From positions 124,001 through 188,000 of IMG/VR virus record IMGVR_UViG_3300050120_000230: a DNA stretch of 64,000 nucleotides; one strand, 5' to 3'. The translations under genes and the position numbers were made by a program. Positions within the stretch are counted from its first letter, which is position 1. The number at the start of each line of letters is the position of its first letter. Of the stretch, positions 37,841-45,403 are shown in pieces. Under the pieces are notes generated by a model, which saw nothing but the letters and a program-made list of their open reading frames with translations, was not told the origin of the DNA and did not search any database.

Positions 37841-37855
37841 CAATTGTCAAAGATC
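37841..37855 (-). promoter_or_regulatory. rrn-like boxA antitermination site
   Basis: GATCTTTGACAATTG between the attenuator and the first tRNA. Confidence 0.6.
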
Positions 37856-37886
37856 GGTTAAGGTTGAAGGGAAGAAAGCGAACAAG

Positions 37887-37919
37887 AAAAAACCCCGGAG
37901 GCGGTGGCCCTCGGGGTTC
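37887..37919 (-). terminator. Attenuator terminator of the minus-strand tRNA operon
   Basis: GAACCCCGAG-ggccaccgc-CTCCGGGGTT followed by a T-run. Confidence 0.85.
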
Positions 37920-37948
37920 GTGTAGCTCTGAAGATTTTGGGAAGGCTT

Positions 37949-38050
37949 TTAGCCGTTACTCCCACCATCACCATGCACACGACTCCCCGAGCCCGCCAAC
38001 CACTTCAGTCGGAGGGTTTTCAGTCGGAGAGTGGCGAGGCGCCGGTTCAT
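37949..38050 (-). CDS. Leader peptide of the Arg/Leu/Lys/Trp tRNA operon (MNRRLATLRLKTLRLKWLAGSGSRVHGDGGSNG)
   Basis: AAGGA RBS, 33 codons, 13 of residues 3-18 are R/L/K/W; overlaps the antiterminator arm. Confidence 0.8.
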   Translation of the reverse strand: MNRRLATLRLKTLRLKWLAGSGSRVHGDGGSNG

Positions 38051-38113
38051 GGAAAGGTTCAGAGTCCTTGGTGTTGGGTTGCAAACGCAGCAGTTGCCAC
38101 GTCGTTCAGATTT

Positions 38114-38145
38114 TATTTATCACCGATGTGCTGACCATCTGTCAA
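38114..38145 (-). promoter_or_regulatory. Composite TTGACA / ATAAATA promoter of the minus-strand tRNA operon
   Basis: TTGACA at 38145-38140 and ATAAATA at 38120-38114. Confidence 0.7.
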
Positions 38146-38171
38146 CATTCTTTTTTGTGGTGAACCAAAAA

Positions 38172-38435
38172 TTATCTGATGGCGGCTTCCTTGCCGCCCA
38201 TTTTGGTGTAGAGCCGCTCGGCCGTCGCCAAGCTCTCGCGTCGGCTGATGGGCTGATAAGCCCAGTTGCCTTTGTGGTCTTTACTGAACACAACGTAGTA
38301 GGGCGACGGCTTTCCATTCCGAGACACATTTTCGGCGCGAGCCAGCGCATATCGCCCATCGCTCTTGAGAATAGTCCAGCTTGGGGTCGATTGCATCGTG
38401 CTTTCGACGAGGTTCATTAGGTCACGCATTCTCAT
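38172..38435 (-). CDS. Hypothetical late protein
   Basis: MRMRDLMNLVES start, CTAAATA at 38441. Confidence 0.65.
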   Translation of the reverse strand: MRMRDLMNLVESTMQSTPSWTILKSDGRYALARAENVSRNGKPSPYYVVFSKDHKGNWAYQPISRRESLATAERLYTKMGGKEAAIR

Positions 38436-38458
38436 GACGGTATTTAGCGGCTGACCGA

Positions 38459-38857
38459 TCATGACCACACGATCTTGAACAGCAGGCGATCTTCGTCTCG
38501 GCTGAAGCAGAAATAGGTCATCCAAATCGAATGTGATCCGATCAGAGGTGAATCTCTTTTTTTCCGGCGAGTGCAAGAGAAGGCGGCCCAAGGCCCGAAG
38601 GCCATCGTCGCCAACATGGGCATTTCATCCAAAAACCGTTCGTTTTGGAACGTCGGCGTGGCCCATCGATAGTTGAGTTTGTTGTCCCGCACGCATTCAA
38701 GCGCCGTTCTGAGATGAATGGGCGAAGAGTGTGAAACTTCGTAGTCGGTTCTGTTTTTCGCGTGCAGATCGATGTAACCGGAGGGGATCATGGAGAACTC
38801 TTGCTCTCCCCCGAAAGATTGTTGAACGACGCGCACCCAATTTCGTTTCCGCTTCAT
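38459..38857 (-). CDS. Hypothetical protein, FxxxxDAxxFKLxW family
   Basis: FSRDEDRLLFKIVWS. Confidence 0.65.
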   Translation of the reverse strand: MKRKRNWVRVVQQSFGGEQEFSMIPSGYIDLHAKNRTDYEVSHSSPIHLRTALECVRDNKLNYRWATPTFQNERFLDEMPMLATMAFGPWAAFSCTRRKKRDSPLIGSHSIWMTYFCFSRDEDRLLFKIVWS

Positions 38858-39075
38858 GAGGTGGGGTAGGCTTTGAGCAGTTCCTCGAACATGTAGCCGA
38901 AGCACGAATCCCACGTCTGACCAGACGGGCCGACTTCGTTACGAAGAGCTTGTCGAACTGCTCTATCGGCTTCCCAGACGGCGATGTGTGCGAGCGCCTT
39001 GGCAAGCGTCGGTTCTTTGCAGGCGATGGCGATCTGCTCTTGCAAGGGCGTAATGGTCATGACTTCGTCAGCCAT
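38854..39075 (-). CDS. Hypothetical protein
   Basis: Coupled small ORF. Confidence 0.6.
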   Translation of the reverse strand: MADEVMTITPLQEQIAIACKEPTLAKALAHIAVWEADRAVRQALRNEVGPSGQTWDSCFGYMFEELLKAYPTS

Positions 39076-39280
39076 TGATGATCCTCTGGATTTCTTCAGG
39101 ACTCTTATCCTGCCAAAAAGTCCCGGTCGGGTAGATATATTTTTTGAACATATCGGTAGCCCACGTCCCGCCGGGGTTCAGTAGGTCTTCGGACGTTGCG
39201 TTGATGACGCAGTCTGCTGTCGCCCAAGCTCTAGCCATTGCTTCTTCGTCGGCTGGATCGACGGCCGACACTTGGGTCAC
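39068..39280 (-). CDS. Hypothetical protein
   Basis: Coupled small ORF. Confidence 0.6.
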   Translation of the reverse strand: MTQVSAVDPADEEAMARAWATADCVINATSEDLLNPGGTWATDMFKKYIYPTGTFWQDKSPEEIQRIING

Positions 39281-40095
39281 AGCATGTCAGCCGTGATTTC
39301 GAGGGGAAGAAGCTTGGCGATGTAAGCTTTCTCAAGCTCCAAGGCGACCTGTCCGTGTTCGGTCTTCAACCAACTCGCGGCGCGATGTGCGGCCGAAATG
39401 TAGTGTGACACGCCGGGGTCGGCCTTGGCCTGTTGTTCCAAAAACTCCGGGTCAAGGTGGATGCGTTTGTCGGTGACGATGTTCACGGCCACGCGGTGTA
39501 GGCGCTTATCGAAGGTAGTCGTCCGTTTGATCTTGGTGGCCACGTTTTTGTCGGTGATGTCCCTGACCATATAGGTCGGCGTCGTCAACTCGGCGTTGAA
39601 GCCATGCCCGGCGGGGCGGGCGTCTTTATCGAAGATCGTCTTCCAGACTTCGCCACGATGTTTCCATTCTGCGCTCGGAACGGAACCGGGTCGTTCGTTG
39701 TCGTGCCACCAGAAGTGTTTCACGAGGCCAAGCCGCATGAACTTGTTGATCCACTCGTTGTGTTCGCAGCGAATGATGCCGTAGACGGCGCCGTCATAGG
39801 GGATGATGGAAACTTCGAAGTCGAAATCGTAGTCGGGGTTTCGGTATCCGGTTTTCTTGATCTCGCGTTGTGAATCCATCATCTCTTGATAGACGCCGGA
39901 CAGCACTCTGGTCGGCATGGGTTTTTCCCGTGCCAAGGCGTCGTCGATGTTTCTCTGACTGGTGTTCGCGTAGAGATCGAGAATCTTGGCGTGCGTGAGC
40001 GCCTTGAGAGTCTCGCGCCATTGGGCGAGCCCGCGTTCGATCTCGAATATGTTGGTGGTCGTGAACTTCACGCCCCGACCAATGTGCCAGCCCAT
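39277..40095 (-). CDS. Hypothetical protein
   Basis: Long ORF; start placed downstream of a TTGACG promoter near 40150. Confidence 0.75.
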   Translation of the reverse strand: MGWHIGRGVKFTTTNIFEIERGLAQWRETLKALTHAKILDLYANTSQRNIDDALAREKPMPTRVLSGVYQEMMDSQREIKKTGYRNPDYDFDFEVSIIPYDGAVYGIIRCEHNEWINKFMRLGLVKHFWWHDNERPGSVPSAEWKHRGEVWKTIFDKDARPAGHGFNAELTTPTYMVRDITDKNVATKIKRTTTFDKRLHRVAVNIVTDKRIHLDPEFLEQQAKADPGVSHYISAAHRAASWLKTEHGQVALELEKAYIAKLLPLEITADML

Positions 40096-40199
40096 CTGAT
40101 TCCACGCCCGCTTGTGATCGCGCGACCCTATAGGCCGTAATTTTTTCGTCAACCAGTTTGATCCGCATAAATATCGGACAGTCATTTGTCCGGTGAGTC

Positions 40200-41291
40200 A
40201 TGCCTCTTGTTAACAACGTCCGCACTACACCCGGCTCGGACGTAAAATTCTTCGCGAACACGACGCCCGATGCAAACTCGGTTGCTAAGGTCGATGCTGT
40301 CCCGACTGTTGCTGGACCTCCGGGTCCGCAAGGTGTTGGCATTCGTTCTATTACGATTTCCGACAGCGATGACCTTCTTTTCACTCTAACTGACAACACC
40401 ACTATTGACGCAGGTACTCTGCCGCCCGGTCCCACTGGTCCAACTGGACCTACTGGTGTCACTGGGCCGCCGGGTCCGATTGGTAATATCGGCCCACAGG
40501 GTATCAAGGGCGACAAAGGCGACACGGGTGCAACCGGCACGGCTGGTATTCCGGGTGTTCAAGGTCCGAAGGGCGACAAAGGCGACACTGGTCTGACGGG
40601 TTCCGTTGGCCCGGAAGGCGATCACGTCACCAACGCGGTCATCAACGGCTCGAATCACATCATCTTCACGCTGAGCGACAACAGCACTATCGACGCTGGT
40701 CTGTTGCCTCCCGGCCCGACCGGCAACGCAGGCCCCACGGGTCCGCAGGGTCCTCAAGGCGTGGACGTGGCGAACGCGACGATCAACGGTTCGAACCATC
40801 TCATCTTCACGCTGTCGAACTCGGCTGTTATCGATGCCGGTCCTTTGCCGCCCGGCCCCACGGGTGGCATTGGTCCGACTGGACCGGCTGGTCCCGCTGG
40901 TCCGCAAGGTAACGCTTCGACGGTGGCTGGCCCGGCCGGACCCGCAGGCCCGAACTTCGAAACGGTCGTCAATCTCAACACCGCCACCGGAACGGTCACG
41001 CTCGATCTTGGCTCGAACAGTTTCTACAATCTGACCCTCACCGGCAACGTCACCATCGCGTTCTCCAACACGGCGCTGACGACTCGTTCCTATACGGCCG
41101 TCGTTTCCATCAAACAGAATTCCAGCGGTGCGGGAACGTTCACGGTGACGTGGCCGGGAACCTGCAACACGCCGGGCAACGTCGTCTATTCGCAATCGAC
41201 GGGTCTGGGCGCCACTGACCTCTACACCGTGTTCACGATCAACGGCGGGGCGAGCTACTTCCTCAGCCAAATTGGGCAACTGTATTCCTAA
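40200..41291 (+). CDS. Collagen-like fibre protein
   Basis: GPxG triplets, repeated A.INGSNH.IFTLS..IDAG.LP module, late promoter at 40167. Confidence 0.88.
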   Translation: MPLVNNVRTTPGSDVKFFANTTPDANSVAKVDAVPTVAGPPGPQGVGIRSITISDSDDLLFTLTDNTTIDAGTLPPGPTGPTGPTGVTGPPGPIGNIGPQGIKGDKGDTGATGTAGIPGVQGPKGDKGDTGLTGSVGPEGDHVTNAVINGSNHIIFTLSDNSTIDAGLLPPGPTGNAGPTGPQGPQGVDVANATINGSNHLIFTLSNSAVIDAGPLPPGPTGGIGPTGPAGPAGPQGNASTVAGPAGPAGPNFETVVNLNTATGTVTLDLGSNSFYNLTLTGNVTIAFSNTALTTRSYTAVVSIKQNSSGAGTFTVTWPGTCNTPGNVVYSQSTGLGATDLYTVFTINGGASYFLSQIGQLYS

Positions 41292-42538
41292 TGCTCTACC
41301 GCTATCTTCGCCCTCTGCCGGTCCTCGCTACGCCCATTGGTTCGGTGCCTCTACCGTTGACGATGGATCGCGGAGCTTTGAGCACTATTTGGAAAGACGT
41401 TCCTACGCCAATCGCTATGCGTTCGGCTGATGGCACGAAAGTCGTGTTTGGCTCGACAGTGTCGGGAGCCCCGCCGAAGAGCTACATCCAAGGCTACGAT
41501 TTCACGAACGCTATGGGGACTGTCTTCTCTACGGCCGGGAACGGCGTGGGTATCCTGATGGACACGCCCGGTGTCACCAACTCAACTGGTTTCCAACCGA
41601 CCATTCGAAACATCGGCATTAGCCCGGACGCGCATTACGCGATTGGTATCGCTTCGACGAACGGCAAGATCGGCACCGGCAGCATCGCGGAATACACTTC
41701 GATTCAGTATTTCAAGCTGACCAGTGGTCAATACACGCTTGTCTTCCAGCGTCCGTCTACCAAGAACAAGGACCGGAACCAACTTCTCAATTTCTACGAT
41801 GCGACGAGCTACACGCAGAACTTGGAGTTCACGGACGGCACAACAAACGAGGCCCTGCAAAACCTCCTGTTGAGCGACACTGCCTCGCCGACTGTGGTCA
41901 ATCAGTTCACGACGGCCCTATTCATCAAGGTGCTCACCTCATTCACGGTCGGGGGCGATGTCGTTGTCGTCTACACGACCTTGCAGTCCGGCCCGCAGAA
42001 CACGGCCATCCTATACGATGTCTACCGGCCTGCCGCAGGCTCCGTCTTCACGGCTATCGTGCAAGGTGTTCAGTTCCCCGGCTACGACAACACCGTTTGC
42101 GCGGCATTGCCGCAGTTCGAAGCCATGCCCGGCAACAAGGTCGCCATGTCGTTGACTTGCACGACCATCTCTTTGAACCCGAGCCTGTTCCTCTATCAGT
42201 ATGATGGAGCCGGTGGTTTCACGGCTCTGCCCATCGACGTGCCGCTATCTGGTCCGGCACAAGGATCGACGTTCAACAATTACAACCAGAATACGGTCCA
42301 GATGTCTTATGGCGTCGGCGCCAGCAAAAACATTCTGGCGATCAACAATGCGAGTGGCCAATTCCTCTATCGCTACACGGGAACTGGTCTTCAAAAGGTC
42401 CCGCACGCTCAATTTTTGCCGAATCCGGCAGTCGTGACATATATTTGTGCAGACTACCTCGGCAGGCTTTTTGTCTATTGTAACAACCAGTTCGGCGGCA
42501 GCACCGCGACCGGACAACTCTTCGATCTCGGGGTCTAA
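41291..42538 (+). CDS. Putative receptor-binding/virion protein
   Basis: 415 aa, beta-rich, TAATG-coupled to the collagen gene. Confidence 0.75.
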   Translation: MLYRYLRPLPVLATPIGSVPLPLTMDRGALSTIWKDVPTPIAMRSADGTKVVFGSTVSGAPPKSYIQGYDFTNAMGTVFSTAGNGVGILMDTPGVTNSTGFQPTIRNIGISPDAHYAIGIASTNGKIGTGSIAEYTSIQYFKLTSGQYTLVFQRPSTKNKDRNQLLNFYDATSYTQNLEFTDGTTNEALQNLLLSDTASPTVVNQFTTALFIKVLTSFTVGGDVVVVYTTLQSGPQNTAILYDVYRPAAGSVFTAIVQGVQFPGYDNTVCAALPQFEAMPGNKVAMSLTCTTISLNPSLFLYQYDGAGGFTALPIDVPLSGPAQGSTFNNYNQNTVQMSYGVGASKNILAINNASGQFLYRYTGTGLQKVPHAQFLPNPAVVTYICADYLGRLFVYCNNQFGGSTATGQLFDLGV

Positions 42539-42559
42539 CTTTTTTCGGAACATTTTTTA

Positions 42560-42590
42560 TTGACGGGCTTTTGGTGCTCTGACATAAATA
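42560..42590 (+). promoter_or_regulatory. Composite TTGACG / ATAAATA promoter of the plus-strand tRNA operon
   Basis: TTGACG at 42560-42565 and ATAAATA at 42584-42590. Confidence 0.7.
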
Positions 42591-42642
42591 GGTTTCACAA
42601 ACGGGGTTCGCCCCGCCAATCGTTCTAGGAGACTGCTTTTCA

Positions 42643-42786
42643 ATGTCGCTCGTGGCCAACGCCATTTTCGCAACCATTACCACCGCGCCAATCGGCGTGG
42701 CGATGGCTGCTGGCGTTGTCGTGGCCGCCCCGATGTTCCAAAATCAGCCGGTTTTCCAACCCGTGACCGGAGGCCGTATGTCATAA
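42643..42786 (+). CDS. Leader peptide of the Ile/Val/Gln/Met/Pro/Asn/Ala/Thr/Phe tRNA operon (MSLVANAIFATITTAPIGVAMAAGVVVAAPMFQNQPVFQPVTGGRMS)
   Basis: AGGAGA RBS, 47 codons, 39 of them for amino acids whose tRNAs lie downstream. Confidence 0.85.
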   Translation: MSLVANAIFATITTAPIGVAMAAGVVVAAPMFQNQPVFQPVTGGRMS

Positions 42787-42814
42787 ACTGACCAAACTCA
42801 GTTTCAGACATGCG

Positions 42815-42848
42815 AAGCCTCCGAGGGGAAACCTCCGGGGGCTTTTTT
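42815..42848 (+). terminator. Attenuator terminator of the plus-strand tRNA operon
   Basis: AAGCCTCCGAGG-ggaaa-CCTCCGGGGGC followed by T6. Confidence 0.85.
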
Positions 42849-42891
42849 AATGCCCTGAAACCAAGCCAATACCACCGCACTGCGATTTTGT

Positions 42892-42966
42892 AGTCTCTTA
42901 GCTCAGCGGTAGAGCAGCGTCTTGATAAGGCGAAGGTCACTGGTTCAATCCCAGTAGGGACTACCA
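42892..42966 (+). tRNA. tRNA-Ile(GAT)
   Basis: Cloverleaf, CCA end. Confidence 0.93.
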
Positions 42967-42981
42967 AATCGCAGGACTTAC

Positions 42982-43056
42982 GGGCGAATAACTCAGCGGT
43001 AGAGTGCCTCTTTCACACGGAGGAAGCCGGGGGTTCGATCCCCTCTTCGCCCACCA
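42982..43056 (+). tRNA. tRNA-Val(CAC)
   Basis: Cloverleaf, CCA end. Confidence 0.93.
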
Positions 43057-43084
43057 CTACTCGATGAGTGACGTAGCTCATCAA

Positions 43085-43100
43085 GGTCTTTGACATCGTT
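43085..43100 (+). promoter_or_regulatory. rrn-like boxA antitermination site
   Basis: GGTCTTTGACATCGTT followed by a GC-rich hairpin. Confidence 0.6.
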
Positions 43101-43160
43101 GATAGCGTGAAATAACGGCCGCTCCCGTGATCGGGGGCGGCCGACTAAGAAGAGTTTTGC

Positions 43161-43233
43161 TGAGGATTAGTTCAGTTGGTAGAACGCCACACTCTGAATG
43201 TGGATGTCCGAGGTTCGAGTCCTTGATCCTCAG
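43161..43233 (+). tRNA. tRNA-Gln(CTG)
   Basis: Loop CT-CTG-AA; no CCA; acceptor stem extended by 13 bp. Confidence 0.88.
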
Positions 43234-43290
43234 CAAAACTCTTCTAGTTTTTTCACAAGCGTCCGTCGCAAGACGGCGCCTGTGAACTAA

Positions 43291-43375
43291 TGGGGAATGG
43301 TGTAATGGTAACATCCCTGACTTTGAATCAGGAGACGAGGAGTTTATGTAGGTTCGAGCCCTACTTCCCCAGCCA
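43291..43375 (+). tRNA. tRNA-Gln(TTG) with enlarged variable region
   Basis: Loop CT-TTG-AA, 15-nt variable region, CCA end. Confidence 0.85.
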
Positions 43376-43397
43376 TATTTTACGCGATGTGTTTTGG

Positions 43398-43475
43398 TGC
43401 GGGATGGTAGCAGTCTGGTAGCTCGTTAGCCTCATAAGCTAAAGGTCAGCGGTTCAAATCCGCTTCCCGCACCCA
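43398..43475 (+). tRNA. tRNA-Met(CAT), initiator-like body
   Basis: fMet-like D and T arms, but anticodon stem TTAGC/GCTAA lacks the three G-C pairs. Confidence 0.85.
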
Positions 43476-43495
43476 AACACATCGCGAACCTTTGA

Positions 43496-43573
43496 CGCGG
43501 GAAGGACAAGACAGTTAGTCACTAGCCTCATAAGCTAGACATCTGGCAGATGCGAGCACTGCTCCCGCACCCA
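43496..43573 (+). tRNA. Divergent tRNA-Met(CAT)-like gene
   Basis: C1xA72, loop CT-CAT-AA, non-canonical D and T loops, CCA end. Confidence 0.6.
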
Positions 43574-43648
43574 AACTTGGCACGGTGATGAACCGGTAAG
43601 TCCACAGAGTTATTGACTTGGTGCTACGAAAATCCGTAGCTGCAAGGT

Positions 43649-43981
43649 ATGAATGATCCACCCAAATTCGTCCGAGCCAGCCGCGAATATCGAGAGCATC
43701 TCATCGCTTTCGTTCAGCGGGCAGTTTGGGCGAGAGGACAGCCGGGTTTCGAGTTCGATGTGATGGGACGAACGTTCCTGATCGCGACCGAGACTGACTA
43801 CCTTCCGGGTTGGTCAGCCCGGCCTCTAACTCAACCGGACTTGATCTTCTTCAAAATGTTGTCGCGAGAACGCGATGACAACCACTGGGGCGCCTATTGG
43901 CGTCGCGGCAAGGGGATGAAGGTTTACGGAAACAGCACCGTATTCGAGCGGGACATGCTTTTCCTCAAGTTCGCAGAATAA
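43649..43981 (+). CDS. Hypothetical protein
   Basis: 110 aa, C-terminus FERDMLFLKF. Confidence 0.7.
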   Translation: MNDPPKFVRASREYREHLIAFVQRAVWARGQPGFEFDVMGRTFLIATETDYLPGWSARPLTQPDLIFFKMLSRERDDNHWGAYWRRGKGMKVYGNSTVFERDMLFLKFAE

Positions 43982-44146
43982 GCGAAATATCGTACAACAC
44001 GAAAAGCGATAAATCGTGCAAGGAATCATCGGGATCAGCGTCGGCAGTTCCTCCCCTCGGGGTGTGAAAACGGACCCCCGGTGACTTAGGCTAGAGGGTT
44101 GTAGGTGACCTGTATTTGACTGGGAACCTTCGTCCATGTGTTTTGT

Positions 44147-44223
44147 CAGGGTGTAGCTCAGTCTGGTAGAGTGGCGTCCTCGGATGGCGAGGGTCGCAGG
44201 TTCAAATCCTGCCACCCTGACCA
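44147..44223 (+). tRNA. tRNA-Pro(CGG)
   Basis: Loop CT-CGG-AT, CCA end. Confidence 0.9.
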
Positions 44224-44240
44224 AACACATGGTTCACCAA

Positions 44241-44393
44241 ATGGATGTGCTTTCCGAGAGGCATGTTGTGCATCGTCAAGAACAATCACCGTCCGTAGAG
44301 GGACGCCCGAGCGGGTTGCGGAGATTGTAGGAGACGATGTGCCAAGCGCGCGAACGGCTGCAAATCGGCATGTCTCGCGGTAAGCACATCCAT
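44241..44393 (+). ncRNA. Candidate ~150-nt rod-like ncRNA
   Basis: Ends pair (ATGGATGTGCTT..AAGCACATCCAT); internal stems GCATCGTC/GACGATGT and ACAATC/GATTGT. Confidence 0.5.
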
Positions 44394-44395
44394 GA

Positions 44396-44471
44396 TGGAT
44401 AGTAGCTCAGTTGGTAGAGCTTTCGGTTGTTACCCGAATGGTCGCAGGTTCGAGCCCTGCCTATCCAGCCA
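44396..44471 (+). tRNA. tRNA-Asn(GTT), variant loop
   Basis: Loop TT-GTT-AC, CCA end. Confidence 0.9.
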
Positions 44472-44490
44472 AAATGACCTTCGGGTCTGA

Positions 44491-44565
44491 TTGGACGTAG
44501 CACAATGGTAGTGCAACTCCCTGTTAAGGAGAAGGTTGTAGGTTCGAGTCCTACCGTCCGAGCCA
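44491..44565 (+). tRNA. tRNA-Asn(GTT)
   Basis: Loop CT-GTT-AA, CCA end. Confidence 0.92.
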
Positions 44566-44655
44566 TTTCTGGGTGGGCTGCAACCCCCAACTTCATCCAT
44601 CGGGTGAAGAGGTGAGACGCACAAAGCGCGTCTCTGACAAAGCGCAGCACATCAT

Positions 44656-44731
44656 GGGGCCATAGCTCAGTTGGTAGAGCGATTCCTCGGCAGGGAATAG
44701 GTCGCCGGTTCGACTCCGGCTGGCTCCACCA
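44656..44731 (+). tRNA. tRNA-Ala(GGC)
   Basis: G3:U70, loop TC-GGC-AG (C33), CCA end. Confidence 0.88.
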
Positions 44732-44837
44732 TTAAAGAAAGCCCCGCTGTTTCCAGCGAGGCTCCCTAGACCGAATCCACCACCGCACCGAAGCGCGGAC
44801 ATCAAAGGTGGACATCGTCACAAGGGATGTCAAGACC

Positions 44838-44887
44838 CGCTGTCCAAGGCTTGGACGGCACTCGCTGTCCAAGGCTTGGACAGCACT
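44838..44887. repeat. Tandem 25-bp hairpin repeat
   Basis: CGCTGTCCAAGGCTTGGAC(G/A)GCACT x2. Confidence 0.85.
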
Positions 44888-44984
44888 CCGCACGGTGATG
44901 AGCCGATAAGTCGGCAGATTTTGCCCACCAAAAAAGGCCCCGGCGAACCGGGGCCTTGATGGCACTGCACCGAAGTGCGGATGC

Positions 44985-45182
44985 TTAGGCGGTTTCGGCG
45001 TCCGAGCGGGTCGCGTATTCGGCCTTCAGGGATTCGAGGATCGACTGCTTGGCGGTGGCGTCGGTGACCGACGTTTCGCCGAGTTCGCGTTCGACCTTGG
45101 AAATGGCGTTCTTGATGTGCGGGGTTGCCATCTTCGACACCGGGGTTTCCGTGGTGCCGGACTTCCAGACTGCTTCAGCCAC
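44985..45182 (-). CDS. Hypothetical protein
   Basis: 65 aa, GGAGG RBS; M.T.HI.NAI motif; followed by a terminator. Confidence 0.7.
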   Translation of the reverse strand: MAEAVWKSGTTETPVSKMATPHIKNAISKVERELGETSVTDATAKQSILESLKAEYATRSDAETA

Positions 45183-45304
45183 AAGGGCCTCCTTGGTAGG
45201 TGGGTGGGAGTGCTAACCGGTTTGGTTAACGAAAACCATATATCCACCCCTGCGGCGTCATGTCAACAGCACAAAATCGTGCACTGCTCGTTGAGGGAAA
45301 ACAC

Positions 45305-45378
45305 GGGGTAATAGCTCAATGGTCGAGCACCGGCTTCGCAAGTCGGGGATCAGGGTTCGATTCCCTGTTACTCCACCA
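45305..45378 (+). tRNA. tRNA-Ala(CGC)
   Basis: G3:U70, CCA end. Confidence 0.92.
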
Positions 45379-45403
45379 AACATAAATAGTTTCAACTACA
45401 TAT

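Noticed and set aside
44566-44640. Possible theta (HDV-like) ribozyme 3' of tRNA-Asn
   Set aside because: A P1-like pairing exists but no P3/L3 or C-GAA J4/2 could be assigned
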